Below, in pieces: positions 47,709 to 56,883 of a stretch of 64,000 bases of DNA. How positions within the stretch are numbered: the stretch's first letter is position 1; every line of letters starts with the position of its first letter. The DNA comes from a virus. A model generated the notes under the pieces. It worked only from the letters and a program-made list of their open reading frames with translations. It did no database searches and was not told where the DNA came from. The DNA is taken from the IMG/VR virus record IMGVR_UViG_3300028584_000118, positions 6,648 to 70,647 of that record. One strand, 5' to 3'. The position numbers and the translations under genes were made by a program.

Positions 47709-47906
47709 ATGCCCCTAGAAAGAATCATTATGGAATTTCTTAAAATATTTAAGACTCCTTCTGCAGAAGAATTGGCTACCACAGCAATTGAAGAAGCTAA
47801 ACGTCAGGTTCTAGAACATGAATCTCAAGCCAACTATCATAAGAAAATGGCAGAGCATTATGCAGAATCCATTCACAACACAAAGAACCGCTTATTAACT
47901 TTCTAG
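47709..47906 (+). CDS. Small hypothetical coiled-coil protein
   Basis: FKTPSAEELA...IEEAKRQVLE pattern; start may be the second Met. Confidence 0.55.
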   Translation: MPLERIIMEFLKIFKTPSAEELATTAIEEAKRQVLEHESQANYHKKMAEHYAESIHNTKNRLLTF

Positions 47907-47913
47907 GATTATC

Positions 47914-49038
47914 ATGACTCCACACGATTCCGCACTTACTAAAGCTAAGATTGCTTTAATGACTCGTCCAGATTCCGTATTTTTTTCTACTGTATTCTTC
48001 AGTTTAAAGCATGTATGGAATACAGAAATTCCAGCAGCAACTACTGATGGTGTATCAGTTGAAATCAATCCAAAATACTTTGTTGAATTGGATGCGGAAT
48101 CACGTTTATTCCTATTGGTTCGTATGTCTATGCATGTGGCTTATATGCATCCATTACGTACCGCTGGACGTGATCTTGAAAAGTTCAACTTAGCTGCAGG
48201 CCATGTAGTTAATCTGCAATTACATCAACGTAATTTCAAATACACCCATCCATCTGTTCCTATGCCAGCAGACTATCAATATAAAGATATGGCTGTAGAA
48301 CAGGTCTATCCTTTATTGGAAGATCCGGATAAGAATAACAACCAAGATCCTGCACCTAATTTTGTACAACAACCTGGACCTGATCAGAGTCCAGAGAAGA
48401 TTGAACAAGATGTTCAGGAAATCTTAGTACGTGCAGCAATGCAATCTAAGATGGCAAATGAAAAACCAGGTTCTATCCCAGGCGATATCGAGTTGTATCT
48501 CAAGAAGTTCTTGAATCCAACATTACCTTGGTATCAGATTTTGCATCGTTTCTTAAAGAAAGTATCTAAAGCAGATTACTCCTATAAGAAACCAAACAAA
48601 CGTCATGCACCAGAGTTTTACTTACCTTCAATGATTGGAACATCAGTCATTGATTTGGTTATGGCTCCAGACGTTTCAGGTTCATGCAGTGATGAAGATC
48701 TACAAGCATGTATGAATGAGGTTGCTGGTGTATTCAAACAACTGAAACCAGAGAAGGTTACATTACTTCCATTCGATACAAAGATTCGTGACAAGTATGT
48801 AGTCAAGAATGTGGGTGATCTAAGTCGTGTAGTTTTACATGGTCGTGGTGGTACAGACATTGAACCGGTGATTCATTGGGCCAATGAAAACAAACCACAA
48901 GTCATGATTGTATTTTCTGATGGTGAATTTGACTTCCCTGAAGTAACTACAAAAGTACCAGTCATCTGGTTAATTTATAACAACCCAGGGTTTAAAGCAC
49001 CTTACGGTAAAGTTATTCACTATGAGGTAAAACACTAA
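47914..49038 (+). CDS. vWA / metallopeptidase-like protein (N4 gp25-like, DUF2201 type), MoxR partner
   Basis: IPAATTDG; DVSGS MIDAS; GRGGTD; IVFSDG; HExxH position is degenerate. Confidence 0.85.
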   Translation: MTPHDSALTKAKIALMTRPDSVFFSTVFFSLKHVWNTEIPAATTDGVSVEINPKYFVELDAESRLFLLVRMSMHVAYMHPLRTAGRDLEKFNLAAGHVVNLQLHQRNFKYTHPSVPMPADYQYKDMAVEQVYPLLEDPDKNNNQDPAPNFVQQPGPDQSPEKIEQDVQEILVRAAMQSKMANEKPGSIPGDIELYLKKFLNPTLPWYQILHRFLKKVSKADYSYKKPNKRHAPEFYLPSMIGTSVIDLVMAPDVSGSCSDEDLQACMNEVAGVFKQLKPEKVTLLPFDTKIRDKYVVKNVGDLSRVVLHGRGGTDIEPVIHWANENKPQVMIVFSDGEFDFPEVTTKVPVIWLIYNNPGFKAPYGKVIHYEVKH

Positions 49039-50267
49039 TGTCATTAACACTTACAAAGGATCAACAAACAGCAGCAGATGGATTTTGTAAGTACCTTTGT
49101 AATCCTAATGAAAGTGTATTCCTTTTAGAAGGTTATAGTGGTACTGGTAAATCTACATTAGTCAGGGAGTTGTTAGATCGACTTCCTGGTTATATAAAAA
49201 CAGCTAAGCTGCTTAACCCAAGATTTACTGATTACAATATCATCCTCACTGCTACTACAAATAAAGCAGTTGAAGCTTTAAGTGACTTAGCTTTAGAAGA
49301 AGTAAAAACCATTTATTCTTTACTTGGTTTAAGACCTTATAAAGACTTTGTCACTGGTAAGTCTTCTTTAATATTAAATTCAAGAGCTCAAGTCATATAT
49401 GACTCACTTATCTTTATTGATGAGTGCAGTTATATTGATAGTGAGTTACTGGATTGGATCTTTAAAAGAACAGTCAATTGTAAGATTGTCTTTATGGGTG
49501 ATCGTGCACAGTTAATCCCAGTGAACTCAGCATATCCTCCTGTATTTAGTGCAGGGTTTACTGGAGCAATGCTTTCAGAGACTGTACGTAATCAAGGTCA
49601 GATTCTTGAACTTGCTACTATGTTCCGTCATACAGTTGCATCTGGAGAGTTCTTTCAATTCAAACCAAACGGTACTGAGATTATTCATTTAGATCAGAAT
49701 GATTTTAATGATGCAATCCTTGCTGAGTTCGCTACTCCTTATTGGAAAAATGATTCTAAGATATTGGCTTATACCAATGATAGAACCATTGCCTATAACA
49801 ATTTTATTGTTGAACACATGACTGGCTCTCCTGAATTTAAAAAAGGAGACTATGCAGTTGTTAATCAATTTATTGGTGGAGGCTCTACTAGTTTTAAAAC
49901 AGATCAGACAGTAAAGATCACTGATTTAAATCCATCAATTGAATATGGTGTTCCAGGTCAATTAGTACAAGTTGATGGTAAAGCTTCTTTCTTTATGGCA
50001 GATAGCTTAGAGCAGCGTAAGCACATAATTAAGTATTTAAAGTCTATTGAAGATCATCAACGTTTACGTACCATTGATTCTCATTGGATTGATCTTAGAG
50101 CTGCATACGCTTCCACAGTAAATAAAGCTCAAGGATCTACCTACAGAAAAGTTTATATTGATGTAGGTAATATTGCTGCTAAAAACAGTGGTAATCAAAT
50201 TGCTCGATTGATGTATGTAGCAGTATCTCGTGCTCAACATCAAGTTATTCTTACAGGAGATTTCTAG
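49038..50267 (+). CDS. Dda/RecD-like SF1B helicase (N4 gp37-like)
   Basis: GYSGTGKS; TATTNKA; IDECS; GDRAQL; TVNKAQGST; MYVAVSRA. Confidence 0.92.
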   Translation: MSLTLTKDQQTAADGFCKYLCNPNESVFLLEGYSGTGKSTLVRELLDRLPGYIKTAKLLNPRFTDYNIILTATTNKAVEALSDLALEEVKTIYSLLGLRPYKDFVTGKSSLILNSRAQVIYDSLIFIDECSYIDSELLDWIFKRTVNCKIVFMGDRAQLIPVNSAYPPVFSAGFTGAMLSETVRNQGQILELATMFRHTVASGEFFQFKPNGTEIIHLDQNDFNDAILAEFATPYWKNDSKILAYTNDRTIAYNNFIVEHMTGSPEFKKGDYAVVNQFIGGGSTSFKTDQTVKITDLNPSIEYGVPGQLVQVDGKASFFMADSLEQRKHIIKYLKSIEDHQRLRTIDSHWIDLRAAYASTVNKAQGSTYRKVYIDVGNIAAKNSGNQIARLMYVAVSRAQHQVILTGDF

Positions 50268-50276
50268 GAGTAATTT

Positions 50277-50819
50277 ATGGCTACAAGAAGGAATAAAATA
50301 AGTGCAGAGCTATTTCAAAGAGCTACTTTTAATAGCCAGATAGTTAATGAGATAAGTCATACAATTTTTAAAAATAAAGATAAAGACTTTGAATCAGAGT
50401 TAGCTATTATTTGTAACTGCCATAGTATTTCTTCAGGTGTTTACAGTAATAATTTCTTATACCATAATGAATATTACGGTATAAGAAATAGAGTACCTGG
50501 AGAAGTAGTTATGAAGTTACATAACTCTGTTAAATCTCAAATGGATGATTATCTTAGAAGAAAGAATATCTTAGATAACGAAGTAAAACCAATGACAATG
50601 CATTATGTTGTTAAGGCTGTAAATAGAGTTAGTACACTAGCAGATCTTAAATTACTTCTTCCGGATGCATTACATCAATGCGTTAACTCATTTATTTCTA
50701 CTACTTCTGGAGCATACGTAAAAATTACTCCTGAAGAAGTTGAGCAGTTTAAAAAAGAAAATCAGAAAGGTGAATTAGCATTAAAATCTCAGCTTTTACA
50801 AAATATTCTACAGGGCTAA
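50277..50819 (+). CDS. Hypothetical protein (N4 gp38 position)
   Basis: DL..LLPD.L motif; lies between helicase and polymerase. Confidence 0.65.
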   Translation: MATRRNKISAELFQRATFNSQIVNEISHTIFKNKDKDFESELAIICNCHSISSGVYSNNFLYHNEYYGIRNRVPGEVVMKLHNSVKSQMDDYLRRKNILDNEVKPMTMHYVVKAVNRVSTLADLKLLLPDALHQCVNSFISTTSGAYVKITPEEVEQFKKENQKGELALKSQLLQNILQG

Positions 50820-50820
50820 T

Positions 50821-52923
50821 ATGCGTCACATTTTGTTTAGTGATCTTCAAGAAGTAATGCCAGTGGCTTTACTAGTTAAGGCCAGTGCATTTAATAAACA
50901 TGCATTAGAAACCAACTATATAAAATCTTTATATGATGAAGGAATAAGTGAAGACAATGTAATTGCATTTGATTTGCCTTATGATCAACATAACAAAGCT
51001 CCGGTTAAGTTTATTAAAGAGTATCTTAATTTACTTTTACCTGAGCTAAAAGACTTAAAGACTGAATACCTATTTGTAACGGATTCAGCTTACTTCAAAG
51101 TATTGACTAAAAAGACTAGTGCTGAGCCTCATTTAGGTTATGTACTTCCTTGTGCAATAGCTGGTTATGAGCATATGAAGGTTGTGCTCAGTATCAATTA
51201 TCAACAATTGGTTTTCAATCCTGTACTTCAATCCAAGCTAGATATGAGTGTATTTACTCTAGCTAATCACATGAAAGGTTTGTACAAGGTACTAGGTAAT
51301 GGGATCATTCATTCAGAATATTACCCAGATACCCTTGGATCAATCCATGCTGCATTAGATTCTCTTCACCAATACGAAGCTATCAGTTGTGATATTGAAG
51401 CCTTCAGCCTTCGTTTTAATGAGGCTGGAGTAGCTACCGTAGCATTTGCTTGGGATCAACATAATGGCTTTGCATTTGCATGTGACTATTCAGAAGTATG
51501 GACAGCCGGTTTATTCTTAAATCCTGAAGCCAAGATGAGTAATATTGATATTGCTGCGTATCATGGTTTTAATAAGGTTAATCCAGCTATACGGCAGTTA
51601 CTCAGAAACTTCTTTGAATCTTATAAGGGTAGGATACGTTGGCATAATGCACCATACGACGTTAAAGTATTCATTTATTCTTTATGGATGAAAGATGCTT
51701 TAGATACAGCAGGGATGCTGCAAGGTTTAAAAATAATGGCTAGTAAGTTCGATGATACAAAGATCATTGCTTACCTAGCTCTAAATAGCACATCAGGTAA
51801 CACACTTGGTTTAAAAGCTTTAGCTCATGAATTTGCAGGTAACTGGGCTCAAGATGAAATCAAAGATGTACGGTTAATAAAGTTAGATAAACTATTGAGA
51901 TACAACTTAGTAGATGCTTTATCGACCAACTATGTTTATGATAAATATCATCCAATAATGGTTAGTGATAACCAGGAAAAAATCTATCATGAAATGATGT
52001 TACCTAGTTTAGTCACCATCATTCAAATGGAACTTACAGGTATGCCTATGTGTGAAAATACATTGGCTACTGTAAAAGCAGAACTAGAAAAGATAGGTAA
52101 GGATTATCTGAATACAATTCAGAATCTTCCTCTTATTAATACTCTTAATTTGTTACTTCGTAACGATGCAATGGAAGCAGCAAATGCTAAGCTAAAAATC
52201 AAACAGCATCCTCTATCCAAATTTGATGAGTTAAAGTTTAATCCTAATAGTGGTAAGCAACTCCAAACATTGTTGTACAAACAAATGGGGTTACCAGTAC
52301 TGGATTTAACTGATACTAAGCAACCGGCTACAGGAGCAGATACTTTAGAGAAGTTAATAAACCATACTACCTTTCCAATGTACAAAGAATTTCTTAGTGC
52401 ATTAATTGGTTACAGTAAAGTAATGAAGATTCTTTCTACTTTTATTCCTGCTTTTGAAAAGGGAATTAAGAAGGGAGATAAAGCAATTTACTTACATGGT
52501 TCATTTAACTTAGGTGGTACGGTTTCAGGACGACTAAGTAGTTCTGACCCAAACATGCAAAACCTGCCTGCAGGTTCCTATTATGGTAAATTGATCAAAC
52601 AGATCTTTAAAGCACCAGAAGGCTGGTTGTTTGTAGGTGCAGATTTTAATTCTCTTGAGGATTACATCTCAGCACTCACTACAAAAGACCCCAACAAGCT
52701 TCGTGTTTACACCGATAAGTTTGACGGACACTGTTTACGAGCAGCTACATACTTTCCTGATCAAATGCCTGATATAACTCAGCAACTGGATTTAAAACCA
52801 GGTGAAAGAGTATTTCGTATAAAAAAAGACGACGGTTCCTTGTATTATGCAAAAGGTTCAGATATCATGCCACTTTCCGGTAAAACAGTGAAGCAAGAAT
52901 ATGATACCAATTCCAAAATATGA
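50821..52923 (+). CDS. polA: Family A DNA polymerase, N-terminal part (exonuclease through motif A)
   Basis: CDIEAF; HNAPYD; YNLVD; GTVSGRLSSSDPNMQN; GADFNSLE; DGHCLRA. Confidence 0.92.
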   Translation: MRHILFSDLQEVMPVALLVKASAFNKHALETNYIKSLYDEGISEDNVIAFDLPYDQHNKAPVKFIKEYLNLLLPELKDLKTEYLFVTDSAYFKVLTKKTSAEPHLGYVLPCAIAGYEHMKVVLSINYQQLVFNPVLQSKLDMSVFTLANHMKGLYKVLGNGIIHSEYYPDTLGSIHAALDSLHQYEAISCDIEAFSLRFNEAGVATVAFAWDQHNGFAFACDYSEVWTAGLFLNPEAKMSNIDIAAYHGFNKVNPAIRQLLRNFFESYKGRIRWHNAPYDVKVFIYSLWMKDALDTAGMLQGLKIMASKFDDTKIIAYLALNSTSGNTLGLKALAHEFAGNWAQDEIKDVRLIKLDKLLRYNLVDALSTNYVYDKYHPIMVSDNQEKIYHEMMLPSLVTIIQMELTGMPMCENTLATVKAELEKIGKDYLNTIQNLPLINTLNLLLRNDAMEAANAKLKIKQHPLSKFDELKFNPNSGKQLQTLLYKQMGLPVLDLTDTKQPATGADTLEKLINHTTFPMYKEFLSALIGYSKVMKILSTFIPAFEKGIKKGDKAIYLHGSFNLGGTVSGRLSSSDPNMQNLPAGSYYGKLIKQIFKAPEGWLFVGADFNSLEDYISALTTKDPNKLRVYTDKFDGHCLRAATYFPDQMPDITQQLDLKPGERVFRIKKDDGSLYYAKGSDIMPLSGKTVKQEYDTNSKI

Positions 52924-53482
52924 GGGCATTTACACTATCAACGATAGTGGTGAAGTATTTTCTGTTAATCGTACTGTAATAGCTAAAGATGGTAACGCTT
53001 ACCGTAAAAAGGGTAAGAAGTTAGTACCTTTTATTAATAAACAAACAGGGTATTACTATATTAGTTTATGGCGCAATAATAAAGGTAAAACATTTGCATT
53101 ACATCGTATTGTTGCTAATTTATTTGTTAGTAACCCATACAATAAGCCAGAAGTAAATCACAAGGATAGCAATAGATTAAACTGTTGTGCGAGTAATTTG
53201 GAATGGGTAACCAGTTCAGAAAATTCTACTCATGGTTATATTCATGGCTTTGCAACACAAAAACTAAGAAGAAAATTAACTGAGGATGATTATAAAGAAA
53301 TCTTCAGAAGATTTTTAATAGGTGAGAGTATGGCAGTTATTATAAAAGACTTTACAATCAGCCCAGGAAGACTGTCAGTGAATTTAAAAGCACTGACATT
53401 AAAATGGGGCAAGCATAAAGAGTACAAAGCAGAAATATATCGTCAACAAGTAAAAAGGGCTCAGATCAATGGAAACAATTGA
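52901..53482 (+). mobile_element. NUMOD4-HNH homing endonuclease inserted in polA
   Basis: IPKYEGIY.IND.GEVFS; LHRIVA..F; VNHKDSNRLN...NLEWVT..EN. Confidence 0.9.
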
Positions 53483-53588
53483 AGAAATAACACAGGCTGA
53501 ATATACAGTTGGTGTAGTGAACAGTATCGCAAAGCGATACAAGGAGCTTCGGCAAGAGAGTAAAGCACCTACTTTCTTGCTCAGGTAA
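53469..53588 (+). CDS. polA: DNA polymerase middle fragment (first half of motif B), not in ORF track
   Basis: METIEEITQAEYTVGVVNSIAKRYKELRQESKAPTFLLR then TAA; same frame as the C-terminal fragment. Confidence 0.8.
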   Translation: METIEEITQAEYTVGVVNSIAKRYKELRQESKAPTFLLR

Positions 53589-54218
53589 CTTACCTATGGT
53601 GGGACCTATCATGGAATGATGCATAACTTGGGATGGCCTGAGGATAAATCTAAGGCCATTGAAACCAATTACCATAACTTGTACAAAGTATCTGATGCTT
53701 ACGTTCAAGATCGTTTAACCCAAGCCAGTAAAGATGGATATGTTGAGGTTGCGTTTGGTTTACGTGTGCGTACACCCTTGTTAAAACAAGTAATGTATGG
53801 AAATGGAAGGATACCTTATGAAGCTGCAGCAGAAGGTAGAACAGCCGGTAATGCTTTAGGTCAGTCATATGGCTTATTGAATAATCGTGCTGCAAATGAA
53901 TTCATGGAAATGGTAAGAAACTCTAAGTATGCTTTAGATATTAAACCAGTAGCTCTAATCCATGATGCAATCTATCTTATGATTAAGGATGATATCGAAG
54001 TAGTTGAGTGGGTAAATAATAATTTAATTAAATGTATGCAATGGCAGGAGCTTCCTGAGATTCAGCATAATGAAGTTAAGTTAGGAGCCAACTTAGATAT
54101 CTATTGGCCTAATTGGGCTAATCCAATAACCCTTCCAAATAATGCTACTCCAAAGCAGATTAAAGCTCTGTGTGATGAAGCAGGCATTAAGCACAAGAAA
54201 CCAATAAATAATATGTAG
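53589..54218 (+). CDS. polA: DNA polymerase C-terminal fragment (LTYGG through motif C)
   Basis: LTYGGTYHG precedes track ATG 53616; AFGLRVRTP; EGRTAGNALGQSY; LIHDAIY. Confidence 0.88.
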   Translation, partial: LTYGGTYHGMMHNLGWPEDKSKAIETNYHNLYKVSDAYVQDRLTQASKDGYVEVAFGLRVRTPLLKQVMYGNGRIPYEAAAEGRTAGNALGQSYGLLNNRAANEFMEMVRNSKYALDIKPVALIHDAIYLMIKDDIEVVEWVNNNLIKCMQWQELPEIQHNEVKLGANLDIYWPNWANPITLPNNATPKQIKALCDEAGIKHKKPINNM

Positions 54219-54223
54219 TTATC

Positions 54224-54249
54224 TTACACCGTCCTTCGGGACGGTGTAA
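54224..54249 (+). terminator. UUCG hairpin, probable terminator after polA
   Basis: TTACACCGTCC-TTCG-GGACGGTGTAA; weak U-tract. Confidence 0.65.
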
Positions 54250-54274
54250 TGATTTATTGAGTATTCAAATCACT

Positions 54275-54430
54275 GAGCCATCAGATAGGAAACTAAACCT
54301 GTAGTCATCCAGGGTATGTAAAACATGGGTAATGGTTACTTAAGCCTAAATTTAAGATTAGTCTTTATGACTGTGGCAGCCCTGGCTATATAGAAGGAGT
54401 AATGCACCTTCAGTTTCCTATGTGATGGTT
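54275..54430 (+). ncRNA. Candidate structured non-coding RNA
   Basis: 20-nt closing helix 54275-54294/54411-54430; inner helix 54299-54308/54366-54375; crossing CCAGGG/CCCTGG pair; GAAGG/CCTTC hairpin. Confidence 0.45.
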
Positions 54431-54523
54431 CCATCTCTGGGCAAAGAAATACCTATATATTTCTTTAGTAATATTGGTAATCAGTAATCCAATGCCAGCA
54501 CTTCAAATTTAATAAGGAGAACT

Positions 54524-54919
54524 ATGACAAATAAATCTCATGTAGGTAGGGGCTACAGTGTATGCCCTATATGTGGAAAAGAGCATGATGAAGTCGTTTT
54601 GTTAGATAGAAAATTAAAAGACTCCTTAGAGTTTAGAAACTTTATGGGTTTTGATATATGTCTAGAAGACAGAGACCGTATTGATAAAGGCTATGTAGCT
54701 GTAATCGAATGTTCTAATCAGGATAATGGGAAAGAACATATAACGTTTCAAGATGCCGATCGTACAGGTAGATTAGCTTATATAACTAAGGAAGCTTTTG
54801 CTGATTTATTTAAAGCTGAAGTACCTAAAGCAATGTGCTTTATTGATGTGGAAACATTTACTAAGTTAGAAGCCTTAGTTGCTTTTAATTTAGAAAAGCA
54901 GAATAGCACTTTACATTAA
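54524..54919 (+). CDS. Hypothetical protein with CPIC motif
   Basis: AAGGAG RBS. Confidence 0.7.
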   Translation: MTNKSHVGRGYSVCPICGKEHDEVVLLDRKLKDSLEFRNFMGFDICLEDRDRIDKGYVAVIECSNQDNGKEHITFQDADRTGRLAYITKEAFADLFKAEVPKAMCFIDVETFTKLEALVAFNLEKQNSTLH

Positions 54920-55017
54920 TTTATATTGTGTTTTTACCTTAGAGAGCCTTCTCTATTCCTTGGCTTAATTGCCTTTAATTAACCTCCTATCAAAGGAGAC
55001 TTTTGAAAGTATAAGAG

Positions 55018-56313
55018 ATGAAAAAACAATCAAAGAATTACATTGGCTTTGTCAATGATCATTCAGGTTCAATGAATCACTTAGCTCAAGCAGCAGCTAA
55101 AGACTACAACGGAATCATTAAATCTATTAAAGAAGCTGCTTCTAACGAAAAGTTAGACACAATTGTATCTGTCGTAGGCATTGGATTCCCTGGAGGAGCT
55201 GAAGTAACACAACAAGTTGTTATTTCAAATCCTCACGTATTAGAACCAATAAATCATTGGTCAACTAATGGTGGAACACCTTTGTATGATGGTATTGCAA
55301 ATATCATTGATCTTTACAGTGAGCTTCCTGATAGCAAAGATCCTCATGTCAGTTTCTTGATCATGATTACTACTGATGGTGAAGAATGTAGTTCGCGCTA
55401 CCAAACTGAAACAACAATCAAAAAATTGTTAAAAGAAAAAATGGCTGATGGTCGTTGGACATTTGTATTCCGTGTACCAAAAAATGCTACACGTTTTATT
55501 GAAAAACTAGGCATTCCTCCAGGTAATATCCAAGAATGGGATACTACTACTACTGGTATGGCAACATCATCTGCTCAAACACAAACAGCAGTCAGTGGTT
55601 ACTTCAGTGCTCGTGCCGGCGGTGCTTCTGCATCTTCTTCATTCTATGCAAATGCTACTCAAGTAAACGTAGCTGCTTTGAATGAAGTACCAGCAAAAGA
55701 TGTGTCTCTGTATGTTGTACCAGCAGAAGATAATGGTATTCAAATCCAAACATTCATCTTACGTCATCGTCAGAAATACTTGAAAGGTGCTGCTTTCTAT
55801 CATCTGTCTAAGACTGAAACCAAAGTAGGCCCACACAAGTTGATTTTGATTCGTGATCGTCAAACAGGTAAGTTCTTCAGTGGTCCAGAAGCACGTACTA
55901 TGTTAGGTTTGCCTACACATCAGAACGTTCGTTTGCACCCAGGTGATCATGCTAACTTTGATTTATTTATCCAAAGTGAGTCTATCAACCGTAAATTGGT
56001 TGGTGGTTATGGTGTAGCTTACATGGCTAAATTGGGCACTGAATTCACTCAAGCTGAGATTGATTTGTTTACTAAACCAGCAGCTCCTAAAACAGCTAAA
56101 CCAGCAGTGGTTGTGTTGCCTAAAGTTGCGCCTACAAACAAACCAACTAAGTCACCAATCCCTGTGACACCTCGTTACAGTTACTTTGATACTCGTGAAG
56201 AAGCTCGTACTTATTGCCGTGACAACGGTGTCAGTCAACAAGAGATTGAGAATGACAAAACAGCACCAAAAGGTAAACGTTGGTTTATACCTACTGCAGC
56301 AAAAACTAAGTAA
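55018..56313 (+). CDS. vWA-domain protein with C-terminal extension
   Basis: NDHSGSM MIDAS; GGTPLYDGI; ITTDGEE; Pro/Lys linker and small terminal domain. Confidence 0.8.
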   Translation: MKKQSKNYIGFVNDHSGSMNHLAQAAAKDYNGIIKSIKEAASNEKLDTIVSVVGIGFPGGAEVTQQVVISNPHVLEPINHWSTNGGTPLYDGIANIIDLYSELPDSKDPHVSFLIMITTDGEECSSRYQTETTIKKLLKEKMADGRWTFVFRVPKNATRFIEKLGIPPGNIQEWDTTTTGMATSSAQTQTAVSGYFSARAGGASASSSFYANATQVNVAALNEVPAKDVSLYVVPAEDNGIQIQTFILRHRQKYLKGAAFYHLSKTETKVGPHKLILIRDRQTGKFFSGPEARTMLGLPTHQNVRLHPGDHANFDLFIQSESINRKLVGGYGVAYMAKLGTEFTQAEIDLFTKPAAPKTAKPAVVVLPKVAPTNKPTKSPIPVTPRYSYFDTREEARTYCRDNGVSQQEIENDKTAPKGKRWFIPTAAKTK

Positions 56314-56325
56314 TATTTAGTTTAT

Positions 56326-56386
56326 TTTAGAGCTTCGTAAGAGGCTCTAAATATGTGAACATTTAAATCAAGTGTTCACATATTTA
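56326..56386. repeat. Two adjacent inverted repeats
   Basis: TTTAGAGCTTC-GTAA-GAGGCTCTAAA, then AAATATGTGAACA...TGTTCACATATTT. Confidence 0.6.
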
Positions 56387-56401
56387 TAAAGGAGATTCAT
56401 A

Positions 56402-56677
56402 ATGACTAACCCATATGAAAAAGCAATAGATGATGCATTGGTAGTACACCATATAGGTGTAGCTAGTCCTCATCATACCTATGAACAAGCTAAGAAACAG
56501 TTAAATCAATTACTTGCTATGAATGCTGATATAGCTATCTATTTTCATGAGCAAGAAAAAGAAACCAGTGCTCAAGCAACTCTAAAGCAACTTGGTTATA
56601 CAGACTGTGGTGGTGAGTTATGGAAACCTCCATTAGGTACTATTCAACAACCCGCACCAGAGAGAGGCGACAAGTGA
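56402..56677 (+). CDS. Hypothetical protein
   Basis: AAGGAG RBS; LGYTDCGGELWKPPLG. Confidence 0.65.
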   Translation: MTNPYEKAIDDALVVHHIGVASPHHTYEQAKKQLNQLLAMNADIAIYFHEQEKETSAQATLKQLGYTDCGGELWKPPLGTIQQPAPERGDK

Positions 56678-56862
56678 TCTTATACATTCTCGCACCTGAA
56701 CTACTTACGGCTGTAGCCCTTGTCTCCTCCACAGTATTTCTGTTAATTGGGTTTTACGAGATTAAGACAAAAACTACAAGTCGTACAAATACAGTGCTAA
56801 TGAGCTTCCAATGTTTGATTGTGTTTCTTTGCCTTATTATGCAAATTGTTATATACGACTGA
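56674..56862 (+). CDS. Small membrane protein
   Basis: GTGA overlap start; two hydrophobic segments. Confidence 0.55.
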   Translation: MILYILAPELLTAVALVSSTVFLLIGFYEIKTKTTSRTNTVLMSFQCLIVFLCLIMQIVIYD

Positions 56863-56883
56863 ATTAAAATTTATAAGGGATAA

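Noticed and set aside
53586-53588. Genome-wide stop-codon reassignment explaining the TAA
   Set aside because: TAA is the normal terminator throughout and other genes are intact under code 11. Simple readthrough would still leave three extra residues in the O-helix.
33800-53594. GTAACTTA(C) shared by the terminal region and the polA insert
   Set aside because: A short AT-rich word expected roughly once by chance in a sequence of this size and composition.
52770-53600. Group I intron or intein around the HNH gene
   Set aside because: There is no non-coding space for an intron core, the HNH is out of frame and overlaps both polymerase parts, and no intein Cys/His-Asn boundaries are present.
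56349-56386. CRP site (TGTGA...TCACA)
   Set aside because: The spacer is far longer than the required 6 bp; kept only as an inverted repeat.
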